The notes beneath the pieces were generated by a model. It saw only the letters and a list, made by a program, of their open reading frames with translations, made no database searches and was not told where the DNA came from. This document shows positions 52,274 through 64,000 of a stretch of 64,000 bases of DNA, piece by piece. The position numbers and the translations under genes are program-made. Source of the stretch: Sphagnum compactum (taxonomy: Eukaryota); the NCBI GenBank assembly GCA_965153455.1, contig OZ234494.1, forward strand, positions 8,432,001-8,496,000. Reading direction: 5' to 3'. The first letter of the stretch is position 1. Every line of letters begins with the position of its first letter.

Positions 52274-53166
52274 GCTACACACAACTCCATTCCATGCTTC
52301 ATTTTTTCATAACTTTTTCATGAACACTTCCACACACAAGAACTAACAACCTCTCTCACACTTCATTCTCCTCTTTTTTCTCTTTTTTTCCATACACACC
52401 ATGCCTTCTCCTTTGGCAAGCCTCCATGGCCTTCCTTGAGCTTCTTTTCCTTGTCCAATCAAGCTTTGAAATCCTTTTGCACCAATCAATGGCCTCCTCA
52501 TCATTCAAGGGCCAATGAAAATTTGAGAATGAATGGCCATCCAATTGAAATTAGGATGAGAATCCATGGGCCCAATGAAACTTAAGAGATATTCCATCCT
52601 CCAATCAAAGAAGATGACAATCCTCATGACGAATGGGATTGGAGGATCCAACCTCCCCCTTATCTTGGATATCTTGATGAAGTTTCTTGAGCTTGATCCT
52701 TATCTTTTCCGTCCGTTGACCCTCACATCCTACTTCTTCATCCTAATTACTTCAAGTAACTAACTACTAGGATAAATTATCGGTAGTAACAAGGAAGAGT
52801 CCTTGAGTTCTTACTTGACTAATTCAATGGTTAAAGTAACATTTCCGTGTAACATTTACTCCTTGATATTCCCTACCTATTTACTTTACTATGCACTAAT
52901 TAACTATGTAGTACATAGTAAATTGGAATTACAATTTGCATCACAAAAGAAAAACTCTCACATACTTCTAGATCCACCGTTGAATTTAGGGTTTGATGAA
53001 TCCCTTAGATCTAGGGTGTTCGAGTTTTGATGAAGTTTCGCCGTCATTCCCACGCCTTACGCCTACCCTAATTTGTTAAATAAAAAGGCCTCGACCCTTT
53101 TTGAACGCAAGTACCACCTTGTTCATACTACCTTTTTGGTTTTTGTTGATGCAGGCGCAACTAGCC

Positions 53167-53580
53167 ATGGCGGACGATGATGCTACGCCTTCAAATCCTT
53201 CGGTCGCACTTGTACAAGAAGAAGAGCTTGAAGAAGCACCGCTCGACTTGGATGTTTCTCAACGGCCGCGCAAAGAAGAACCGCCTAGGAAAGTGGTGCG
53301 CACTGGAGTTGCTCGTTCGGTATGGGATCGTCGACTGTCTCCTAACCCACATGCTTTAGCCATTTATCTAAAGTTTGTTCCTGCTCGTGGAGCCGCGCCA
53401 GAAAGGTTTGAAGAGTGCCAGTGCGAAGATGATGATGTCCGTCTCCATTGTCGAACGTGGGTTCCCGGTGACGGCCATTATCGTTGGCTACGAGGCCCGA
53501 TCAACCCACTTCCCCTGGAGCATCGAGCCGAGTACCTCGCTCGCACCATCCGTCGCATCCTAGAATTTTTACAACTGTGA
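53167..53580 (+). CDS. Hypothetical 137-aa protein encoded inside the solo LTR; no family recognised
   Basis: Uninterrupted GC/CpG-rich ORF with a GCCATGGCG start context. A U-rich tract and TGCAG acceptor (AG 53153-54) lie just upstream, and AATAAA is at 53695-53700. Confidence 0.5.
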   Translation: MADDDATPSNPSVALVQEEELEEAPLDLDVSQRPRKEEPPRKVVRTGVARSVWDRRLSPNPHALAIYLKFVPARGAAPERFEECQCEDDDVRLHCRTWVPGDGHYRWLRGPINPLPLEHRAEYLARTIRRILEFLQL

Positions 53581-55819
53581 TCTATCCTTTTAGTCAGTTA
53601 TTCAGTTGTAATTCACTTGAGGCTACTCAGGCGGAACTGTTGCTACTTACGTTTGATTTTGATTCTATTTCAAAGTCTGATAGAAGTGAAACTAAATAAA
53701 GATGTATTAGGATTACATCCTAAAAATCCTACAAGTACATCATTAGTGCTTGAAGATCATTCTACAGACTAACTCAACCTTGTCATGCGAAATATTGTTA
53801 ATTATGGGCTTGTATTCCCTATATATCAATAAATCACATCTAATTCTACATCCCCTTCCCCTTCTCTACAAACTAAAAAGGATAATGTACTTTTAAAGGT
53901 TTACTAGGTCCTAAACTAATTAAGTGTTACATCCATTGAAATAAAGAATTACTCTATGCCTAGAAATATCACAAAAACTAATTCAACTTTTAATAATCAC
54001 TACTTGAAGGTTTATAAGCATTCAAATCATTAGTACTAAGGAAATTTAAGGAACTAAAGCTTAATTAATTGTTGAGCTATAATCCATGGCTCACAGTCTG
54101 CGCCAACGGGGCCCCCGAATCTCCTCAGCACTGCCTCCTCGAATGCCCTCACACCAAGCAGGCCTAGGAGGCCTTCAAGTGCATCTGGCTAAAATGGGGG
54201 GCGCCGAATGACGTCACCCCCACCTGGCTGTTCATCCTACTCGGGGAATCCGTCTTCGAAAGAAAGGACGACCCCCCCAGCACTCAAAGGTACCACGCAT
54301 GGGGCTTCTCTTACATTGGACAATCGCTTGACATTCTCCGTAGCTTCATTCTCTATTTTTTCTGGTCTGAAAGGTGCCGGAAGCACTTCGGCGACTAGTA
54401 CTCCTCTAGGAAAGTTCTTCAGCAAGCTTGGGTGGCCACGGTCGAGGTTGGGATGGCCACTTGGAAGGCCATCAACTCGCTCTGATCCAGCCGGGAACCT
54501 AGCTAGGATTGATCAGGCCTTTAGGGCAGAGTGGTGTCATTTGAACATCTTTGGGGAGGATTGCGCTGCCATTGTGTGGCGCTTCCTGCCCCCTTTGTAC
54601 TTCCTGAATTTCTTTAATGATTGATGGGGCTACTGCCCCCTTCCCCCCTCTTTGGAGTTTCCTACATGGTCTCCAAATGGCCCCTATGTTCACCTCATTT
54701 TCTCCTTCAAGTCTTTGGGAAGCCATGTGGTGTTGGGGCCCTAAATGGTATGACCTCTTTTCCAACGAACACCCCTTGGAAAAGGATCATCTTTCCATCC
54801 TTTTTATTTCCGTAACTCTTTTTCACAAGTAGGCTTTTGTAGTCCCTTGAAATGGGATGTTCTTTTCCCAAATCAAGCACATCATCTCACATTAACATTT
54901 GTTCGCGTGAGGGATCCTCTTTAAGTGTTTGTTTATACTAGTTCTAAGGGTTGCTACCATTGTAACAATTGGAGGTATTTTTGCAGTAATTGTTATCACA
55001 TATGTGATAAGTGGTTCTTCTATTACTTGACATCATCTAGTTTGTTAGATTATGCGACCTCTTCCTAAATGTGTAATTGTTCCAAAAGTTCGTCAATATT
55101 ATCTTGGTAATGATTAGTTTACTCTATGTGCCATTTTTGCATGCCTTTTAATGCCTTTCAAAATACCCTTGATAATTCTATTGACTCCCACCTTGCTAAC
55201 AGGTCATATAATAAGGCCTTTTGTTGCATTTTGAATCACAATTGCCTCCCAATTGGTAGATCAATCTTCCTTGCTTTTGTTGATGTCGAAAGTTGCATGT
55301 GCAGCTTTAAAAGGTTTTATTTGAATGTCGCTTATGTTATAGCTTAATCAGTTGTATCATCATGATGTTGCTTTGTTGCGCTTGTTTTTCTTTTGCTTGA
55401 GCCTTCTTTCTTTTGTTTCAAGTTCATTGAATTCATTAGTTAAGAGGGATTTTTCTTTTTACACCAAAAGGATTTGTTCTTTTGGAAGTTTAATTACAAT
55501 CAATTTTTTTAGTTTTCCTCATGTGTAAACTATGGTTATTAAATAAATTTTCATGTCCATATTAGCTTTTTAATGGTCTATTGGTGATAAAAATTTAACT
55601 TTGTTAGTTCTTTATTCAACTTTTCACTTTTTTCCTTAGTTAAATTACTAGCCAATGTATCAATGTTTCTTGAGTATGCCAGAACATGACATATATTACT
55701 TCACATATTATTACATGTTTGTGATTATTTAAGTCACATATTACTACATGAGTATGTAGTAAAATTAGATTTGTAAATAGGTAGGTAGGTAGGTAAGTAG
55801 GATCCTATAACATTATTTA

Positions 55820-56639
55820 TGACGCGCTCCCAAGTCCCTTTTTGAACCCACTTGAGGGTCCAATTATGTAGAGTTGCGGAAAGTTGGGACTTAGGGTCCG
55901 CTCCCAACTTCCAGCACTAAAGAGGGGTAGAGGGGCGTGCTAGAAGTCCCGGGATTAAACTAGGAAGAGGACAAGCGTTTCACCTACTCAAATCTGCATA
56001 ACAACCAACCCCAAGTTGGTTAGAACCCATTCTGCACCCTTTTGGTGTTGGGACAAGCCACGGGCTAATTCGGACTCACTTGACTCACCACCGCCCGGAC
56101 TCGGGGGAAGCCACTACCTTCCCCCATATAGTATACTCTGCGTCTCACCGCGGAGGCTACATCCGAATGGCTCTTTTTCTCGGGACTCCCAAGTTGGAGT
56201 CCCGAAATTGTCCCAGGTTGGCGTCCCAGAACTTTGGGAGCTCGTATCTCCCGGCTCTGACCTCTGATTAGAGCGAGGTTTAAACCAAAGTTGTAGCCCT
56301 CTTTGAGAGCTTTCCAAGGCCATGTCGCACTCTTTCAGGCGACGTCGGGAAAGGGTCGATTCCCGACTTTTAGTGGTCGAGAGTCAAACTGCCAGTTTGA
56401 CTCCCGGCCCTTCTTTTGCCCATAACTTGGGCTGCAGATGTCCAAACTGCCAATGCGAGGGCATTTTAGACATCTACACTTCAAAACCTTTCCATTGATA
56501 TAAATAACACCTCAAGGAGAGGTGTTTTGACCCCCTGTAATTGCTTCTGAGTTTTTGGGAGTCTCGGAGGACTCCAACTTCCCACTTTTTGGGAATGTGG
56601 GCTTCACCCTCACACTTAGCCCAAAGTGGGGTTGTGACA
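55820..56639. mobile_element. Solo LTR (820 bp)
   Basis: TG...CA ends with a perfect 5-bp TSD ATTTA (55815-19, 56640-44). GC-rich, with repeated gggact/agtccc motifs. Confidence 0.92.
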
Positions 56640-56890
56640 ATTTAGTCACAAGACTTTTTTATTAGTTCATGGCAAGTGGTACTTGCACTTTGATTTTATT
56701 TAGTGTATGTATTGTGTGCAGACTAATATTCTTTCATATAGCTATGTAGTTTATTAGTTGAACTTATTGACAAAGGATATGGAATAAATTTAATGAAAGG
56801 GAAAGATTACAACATTATCCCACATCATCCTTTGTCCCATATAAAGATAGCCAACTTTAACCATTATTATGTATTTCATATTTTGTCCAA

Positions 56891-56892
<2 letters not shown>

Positions 56893-56920
<28 letters not shown>
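56893..56920. repeat. (AC)14 microsatellite
   Basis: Seen directly. Confidence 0.97.
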
Positions 56921-56922
<2 letters not shown>

Positions 56923-57520
56923 TATTTTATTTTATTAAGAAAAAAATCAAGTAATTTGATTGAAAATGGATTTTAATCTTCACTATTTCTTACATTTGAA
57001 CAACAATGGTGTATTGAATTTTTTTCATACAAATATTTGTAAGTAAAACTATTTAAAATCAATGAGGATTTTTTGGAATTTTATAAATAATATAAAATAT
57101 AAAATTAGACTTCCCCACCTTTAAAACATGTAGTGAATCAATAAATGTCGTGTTGTATATACAATTTAAAAGTAAAATGTGTAATTTAGCAAACATATGA
57201 TATTATGTGTGACATTTCAAAATTATATATAAATTATTCAAATAGAAATTTCATAATTATTAATTTATACACGTTAAAAAAAAGTGAAAATGTTTATTAA
57301 ATCTTATTATGAATATAAAATTCCATCTTTTTTTAATGGGTCTTTTCAGTTCATTAAAATTGATTTAATATAAATTATAACATTTTTCCAAGTTTATGAC
57401 AAAATATTTTGATAAATTAATAAATATGAAAGTTTAATAATCTAGTAAAATTGGATCAAATTCTATATTTCTAGTTACCATTTTATGGAGACTTGTAAAA
57501 CAATGTCATTTTGGAGCACA

Positions 57521-60240
57521 CACTAGTAGAAATTGGCTAAAATGTAACCAATCTCTTTGCGACTACATGCGACTATCAATTATTTGCAACTACATTTGGA
57601 CATTTTTGCAACTATTTCTTGTGTTGGTCATATTTGCAACTACAGTGCAACTAGTTTGCAACTAGTTTGGTGTTCATCCTTCCATGTGAACAACATTTAG
57701 TTAAGTTTTCATCCAAGAAGAACAATTTATGTCCCATTAGTTGCAAATGTGACCAATTTAGTTGTAACCCTATAAGTATATAAAAGTATATTTTGTGAAT
57801 TTTAAAAAATATAGTTCGGTGTATTAAGATTTATAAATGTATAATTTGAATGTATATGAACAACCATATTAGATGTGTATTCAAATATTATTATTATCAT
57901 AAATGGCCTCGATATTATGGTTACATTAAATGGTATATATTTTGAGTATATCAAAATTATACATAAGATATTTGTTAAATATATTGTGCCCATACTATAA
58001 GTTTATCCAAACCATTTTATTATACTTCTGAAAATTATTTAAAATGACATTATTATTATTTGTATTAATATTATATTATAATATTATATTAATTACATGT
58101 AATAAAACCTAAATTTAAATATTATCTTTAACTAAAATTTAAAAACAGTAATATCTTGTTACATAATGATCATAATGATGATGATATTAGAATGATAAGA
58201 AAAATAATTCTATAATTATTGAAGTAATTATAATTTTTTAATATATTATTAAATTATTATTAAATTATTTTCAAATGACTAAAGTACTTATTACAAATTA
58301 ATTTTTATTTCTTAAAAAAATGAAAACTTAATTATAGTCTATCATAATAGTCTAACAAGTGACATATAATAATAATAATAATAATAATAAAATAGCTAAC
58401 CTAGGCTAGTGAAAAATTACATTATTGCTATTATTATTATAAGTAATCAATTATGAAATATTATTAGATTAATATAATAATTATTAAGAAATATTAATAT
58501 ATAATTTTAAATTTCTGTATTTAAAATTTATAGTTGATATTTATTATTATTAATTATTAATAAGTAAATGACTATAATCATTTACTAATATATATTTCTA
58601 ATTTTCAGTTCTATTATTTTATATTTTATAATGTTTACTGTATTAGTTAGAATGGAAATCTAATAAATTATTATACAAATGCAGAAATTTTTTTCGAAGG
58701 AAAATATAATTATTAAAAAATATATAGTATTTATTGTAATATTTCATAAATCAATTAATGAGTGAATTAATAGTATGAATAATAATAATAAAATAATTAA
58801 CCTTGGCTACCAACTAGCTACAATAATAATTGAATTAATGATATTTTTACTATTAAATATTTCCTTATATATTTACTATTAACTATATAAATGAAAATAA
58901 TAATGGGAGTAATTATAATAAAATAATTAGCCTAGGCTAGGTTTTAATTATATTATTAGATATAAAAAACCTAATAGTCAATATTTATAATTAATAGTTA
59001 TTAATAATTAAATACTGAATATTTCAGTTATTATATTAATTTATTTGGTTACGAAATAATAATTTATTACTTAGTAATAATTAGCTAAATATTTCAATAT
59101 TAGCCAATTACTAGTTAATTAAATTTGTTGATAGATTATTATAGTTAATATAATATTATGGTTTATCTAATTAATAAATTAATTAATATTTAATAATAAT
59201 ATAATAAATTCAGTAATAATAAAATATTGATTATTATTACTATAAATAACTAGTTAGTTTCTAGTTTAGTTGTTAATTAATTAATTAGCAAGTTTATTAA
59301 TTTATTTTTCTATATTTCATTCGTTAAATCATTAATAATTATATTAGTTGATTAGTTAACTAGTTGGTGTCACTTATTAACTTAATTATATATTTTTTCA
59401 AGATGGGAATGATAACCAAAACATATAGGATAAACTTTTTAGTTACAAGTCATTTGCAACTGAACATTTTTAGTCGTAAATGACTTGCAACTAAAAAGTT
59501 TATCCCATATGTTTTGGCTTTCATTCCCATCTTGAAAAGTATATAAACAAGGTGTTTTGTCTTACATTTACATATGAAAATAGATGGGCATATGGGATGA
59601 GTCATTAAATATGACTTGACCCAAAGTAAAATATAAATATTCGTGCATTTACACGTAACTACCTACTTCCCTAACTTGCCTACCTATTTTTCTACCTACC
59701 TACCTACCTACCTAAATAGGTATTTGGCCTAGGTAGGTAAATAGGTCCTATCTAGATAGGTGTTTAGCCTAAATGGGTAGGTAGGTCTATATGTAGGTAC
59801 TTAATGCAACCTACATACATAAATATTGATTTAAATTTAATTTGGAAAATATCAATTAATATGCCACGTGGCAAATTTTTATTGCACCATGTGTCACAAT
59901 CTAAACCATCCAAACATAAAAATTAAACATCTTAGATTATTTCAAAATAATAATAAAATATTTTCAATTATTAAGAGTTGGGACACGTGGCAACACATAA
60001 CTTGTTCCCATTGTTCACCAAAAAAGTCGCATCTTAGTTGCAAACGACAATACGTATATGACTAGTCATAGGATGAAAGCGTATTTTGTTGACTTTTCTT
60101 TCATCAAAATTCGTTGTCGTTTGCAACTAGTGTCAATGCGACTTGTCCAACGCGACTATTAAAATTTTAGTTGCAAATGTCGCTTGCAACTAAAAATTAG
60201 TCACATGGACCAGTCGCAAAATGCCCATTTTCTACTAATG
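57521..60240. mobile_element. Non-autonomous CACTA element (2720 bp)
   Basis: TIRs CACTAGTAGAAA / TTTCTACTAATG with a perfect 3-bp TSD ACA. Many subterminal tgcaacta/tagttgca repeats and an AT-rich non-coding interior. Confidence 0.9.
59395..59538. repeat. 144-bp near-perfect inverted repeat (hairpin)
   Basis: Arms of ~67 bp, ttttcaagatgggaatga...caact and agtcg...tcattcccatcttgaaaa, with about 6 mismatches that are mostly transitions. Confidence 0.93.
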
Positions 60241-60645
60241 ACATGGAGTTTTTTTGAAATCCTTTGGATATAATTAATAGGATTATATATCATTATTTAT
60301 TGTCAATAAGGTTAAAGAAAATATTGATTAGAATAAACCTTTGAGCAATAGTCCCAATTCGAATGTTTTTTAGGTGAATATTCACAATGTGGTTCAAATA
60401 AAACTGAAAACAATTCAACATTTTCATTTTTAATGTGTAAATTATAAACAAAAATGACCAAAATATGGGAAATTTTGTCCAAGTTTCAAAAATCACAATA
60501 TTGAAAAAAAAAAACTTTAAGTAAGCAATAACATAATATTGAACTCACAAAAAATTTATGTTGCAAAAGTTTATGTAATATTTATTTCAAAATATATTAC
60601 TATTTACCATTAAATCCAAGCTAAGGTCAATTTTATGAATTTAAT

Positions 60646-60799
60646 CATTACTACAAAATGTGGATGCAGTTCAGATAGTCCCCGTTCATTAGACCAGTGA
60701 ATTCACTGCTTCTTCATTGGTCCCCGTTCATTACAACCAATGAATTCACTCAAAATTTAGTGAAATCATTTGGCGTACAGGGACATTTTTTGTGTAATG
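60646..60799. mobile_element. Miniature non-autonomous CACTA element (154 bp)
   Basis: Ends CATTACTACAAAA...TTTTGTGTAATG with a perfect TSD AAT. Same family as 30146-30256, with an internal duplication. Confidence 0.82.
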
Positions 60800-62329
60800 A
60801 ATCTTACACCAAAATTTACATAAGAATTTATAAAACATAATAAAATCCATTGCATTCAAATGACAATATATAATATCAATGCATTATTTTTTTGAAAGTG
60901 AGAAAAAAAATAAAATTATTTACCCCCCTTCCCCCCCCCCAATCAAGGTTCTTTAATTTTGAAACATTGGTCAAATAAGATCATTGGCACACATAGTAAT
61001 TTTGAAAATATCATAAAAATGGCGTAATTGCAATGCATACATTACTCCATGACTATATTGAGACAATAGTTGTATATGTTCAAGTTAGGATGCCAAATTT
61101 TGGTGCAGTGCCCAAAATGTTCAATGAAACATCTTCAAGTTCTTAAATTTTAAAAAACTCGTTCATATATCATGATGCACAATCTTCTCTTTATCCCACT
61201 TAGCTCTTCATCTTCAAGTTGGGCTAACATCCTTTTCTTCCAAAGCCCCTTCAAGTAACATTGTAACCGAAAAGGAGGTGACCGCATCAGTCTTCCCTGT
61301 GACTGTGCATTGTGTGAGAATTTCAGTGTAATTGATCAGGACTGATCCAGCCGCCTTCATTGATGAAGGGCGGCGGATCTTAACGCCTTTAGAGGAGAGT
61401 CTGATCGGATTGTGCATGGGGTGCATGGGAAGTAATTGTCTGGCTGGTTTTGGATGGAACTGCAGGAAAATGACGACGGTAGTGATAGGGTGGAGGCGGC
61501 ACCGCAGTAATGAGGAATGGAGGAGAATGTGGCGGGAAGGAGATCGGTAACAAGGGGAGCTTGGAGAGGAAGCAGAATGAAGGAGGTAGAAAGAAAGGGG
61601 ATGCGGAGAAGTAGGGCAGAATGTTTTTGTCGGGTTTTTGGCTAGAACATCTTGGTTGGACTGTGAAATTCCGCTGCGCCACTGACCAATCGAGATGGAC
61701 GTTGTGAGGACGTAGTCTGAGTGAGCACTTAGAGGATAGAGCTCGGCTGATTTTTGGGAGGTGAGAGTCGATGTGTGGAGTAGCACCAAAGAGCTATTCA
61801 GTTGTGGATGACGAGTGAATGCAGTAGTACAGAGAGGTTGTGTTGCTGTCATCAATTTTGGCTTGAGGTCTAAAACTCTATGGACTTTGAGGAATGCTCA
61901 ACCTTCTGATTAGGGGAGGTTCCATGGTGTGAGGTGTCTGGTTCCGGATGAGACACTGTAGGAGAAAGAAGTTTGTAATGTGTTTCCTGATTGCAAGCAA
62001 AACTCTTGAGGTTGGTTTGTGTGAACGGATCTGCCCAGTTCAGATGCATGACTACTGAAGTCGCGAATGATCAGTGAATGTAGGCAGGAGAGTGATCTGG
62101 GTGGAGGTTGCTAGAGCAGATGTTTTGGTATGACAGCAATTGAGTGTTCGATTCTGATCTGTTGTAACAACTCCCTAGGGTTGTCTGCAGAATTGTAGAT
62201 CCCTCCTTTTTGGTGACAACATAACTAGTTTGTTCTTAGTTTTTACACACACATCCATTAATGGTTGTTATGAATCAACCATGGCAACATTCACCCCCAC
62301 CCTAGGTTTAACACTCACATCTTCTTCAC

Positions 62330-63640
62330 ATACACACTTCCAAACCAAACAATCTTTCCTCAAATGTATTTCTTATTAACAACAAAAACAATCTGTGTTG
62401 TTGTTGGTTTGGAAATATTGATTATGATTGCACAGCCTCATAGTTATAACCACCACCATGTCCTCCATTGTTTTGCCAACCATTTCTTCCAAATTGCTAA
62501 TTATATTCTTGAATCCTTAACCTCCTTTCATTATTGGGTTTTGTATACCCTTGTTGTCTCATTGGCACATCTTCTTTTGATTCCGCCCATATTACATTCA
62601 CGGGTACATTTGTTCATTAACAACATTATTTCATGTCCTTTTTAGCACATTAATCAATATTAGGATCGTCACTTTTACAAATGTGATAAAAAATTTACAA
62701 AAATTTGCACTCTTTAATATAACATCACAAATTTAGCATGCAACAAATTAATAACAAAAATCATGTGAAGTTCATTCATTCATTGGTTCATACATTTTAC
62801 ACACAAATATCATGCATTGAAAACACATTTGACACATAGATAAATGTGTTGACAGATGAAGTATGAACCTATGAATGAACAAATGTCACATGGATTTCAC
62901 ATCTTTCAATAAATCCTTGTGTCAAATGTGTTTTCAATGCATGATATCAATGCATGAAACATACGAACTATGAATGAACTAATGTTAAACGATTTGTATT
63001 TTTAAATCATGAGATGCTAAGTTTGTGATGAATGCCCTTCATGGTATCAAATTTAATAATACATTTTGATTTGCAAGACATCAATACTTGACTTTGTTAT
63101 CTTCTTCTTTGTTTTCTCACACTTCTCATCATCTATATCATATTCAAATTCCTCGTGATTCTTGGTTAAATGCCCTTTTTAAATGGTAATTATTCTTCCA
63201 TTCTTTTTGTTAAATTGAAAACTTCAATAATGGTTGTCCTTGGCATACCCATAATCATTATTTTCAACTTCAAATGCAATCCTTCATGAAATGTTTCTCA
63301 TAGACATACATCATTTGGTTGTTGAAATATGATTATACACAATTGCAAAAAATTGTCATAGTAATCGTCAATTAATTCATGTTTTTTCCGTTAGTTGTTA
63401 TGGCATGCCCTTCACTTCACACCACGCTAAATTGTGCAATGAAAGCTTGTTGTACAGTAGCCCATCCAACTACAAGGTTCATTGTCTCATAACATGCAAA
63501 CCAATATGCACCCCATCTTTTCAAAAAGTACTTGGAAAAATATCATACTTTATGAACATTAGTGTTCTCACCATTGATAACACATATTTTGGTCAACTAT
63601 TTTAGATGTGTCATCAAGTCATCCCCATCATAGTATTTGG
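62330..63640 (-). pseudogene. Highly degenerate Gypsy-type gag remnant
   Basis: Across frameshifts it reads THL..LTKICVINGENT...FPST...WFACYE...W..VQQAFIAQF...IDDYYDNF...ETFHEGL. A decayed knuckle lies near 62650-62700. Confidence 0.55.
62723..63030. mobile_element. MITE-like foldback element
   Basis: TIRs CATCACAAATTTAGCAT / ATGCTAAGTTTGTGATG and an internal perfect 30-bp inverted repeat (62807-36 / 62918-47). The TSD is unclear (AA on both sides). Confidence 0.7.
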
Positions 63641-64000
63641 GCAATTGAATATTTAAAACATTAGTTCAACTTTTTTATTTTGGTTAAGTGGCCCCTTGAA
63701 CCTATCCACAAAACAATTCCACCCTTCCCTTTTCAGGGCATTCTTTGGAATGCAAAGATAGTTAATGAAAATCCAACCATAATGACCATTAGCTTTCAAT
63801 AGTTCTTTCATTTTCTCCCTTGCAATGACTTTTTTTAGCCATTTATCCTTTATGGGAATCACAATCACAATTTAGCTTTCTTCAAATTTACATTCATTTT
63901 GGTCATTATATTGAATATTCAATAGGATTGATTTGGTAGTTTCATGTTCTTGTAAAGTAAATAGATTTGGGTGCGTAACAACACACTATGTGCCCAATAC

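Larger units (their letters stand above)
51446..54095. mobile_element. 2650-bp solo-LTR-like insertion
   Basis: Ends TGTGAG...CTCACA with a perfect 5-bp TSD GTCTG (51441-45, 54096-100). It splits the LINE zf-RVT. No gag, pol, transposase or terminal direct repeats were seen inside. Confidence 0.88.
47628..54618 (+). pseudogene. LINE ORF2 remnant (endonuclease, RT, zf-RVT), split by the solo LTR
   Basis: Motifs LASLNVRSLG, IILLQEHH, INVYA, LGNDFN, RPITLLGNIYKILAK, SVRQGCLLAPYLF, FADNT, RYLGI and GGLGI. Many stops. Confidence 0.9.
44826..54845 (+). mobile_element. Decayed L1-clade LINE (ORF1 and ORF2), interrupted by an insertion at 51446-54095; boundaries approximate
   Basis: GC-rich block containing ORF1, APE endonuclease, RT and zf-RVT motifs in order. 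The reading frame rejoins across the insert as CKVC|ANGAPESPQHCLLEC. No clear poly-A tail or TSD. Confidence 0.9.

Noticed and set aside
61214-61855. 213-aa ORF as a protein-coding gene
   Set aside because: Ser/Pro/His/Leu-biased with no domain motif or splice support. It is kept only as a low-interest finding.

Overview
Eukaryotic land-plant nuclear DNA, most likely a bryophyte. The repeat families look Sphagnum-like, but that is inference. The window holds two intact multi-exon housekeeping genes on the minus strand: NAA25/TCU2 (NatB auxiliary subunit, 19 coding exons, ~990 aa, 8140-15691) and PRP39 (U1 snRNP HAT-repeat factor, 13 coding exons, ~768 aa, 19460-25501). The rest is largely layered transposon sequence. 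At the left end, a decayed Copia element with TA...TA LTR ends and a half-tRNA PBS abuts an ABCC/MRP pseudogene fragment. A full-length chromoviral Gypsy element (5-bp TSD) with an apparent Tf1-type self-priming structure is nested inside a ~12-kb non-autonomous CACTA element. A decayed L1-type LINE is split by a 2.65-kb solo-LTR-like insert that carries its own intact gene-like ORF. A second solo LTR and several CACTA/MITE derivatives follow. The most interesting signals are the ORF inside the solo LTR, a structured candidate poison exon in PRP39 intron 3, and the self-priming and frameshift RNA signals of the Gypsy element. All calls come from reading the sequence by eye; no searches were run.
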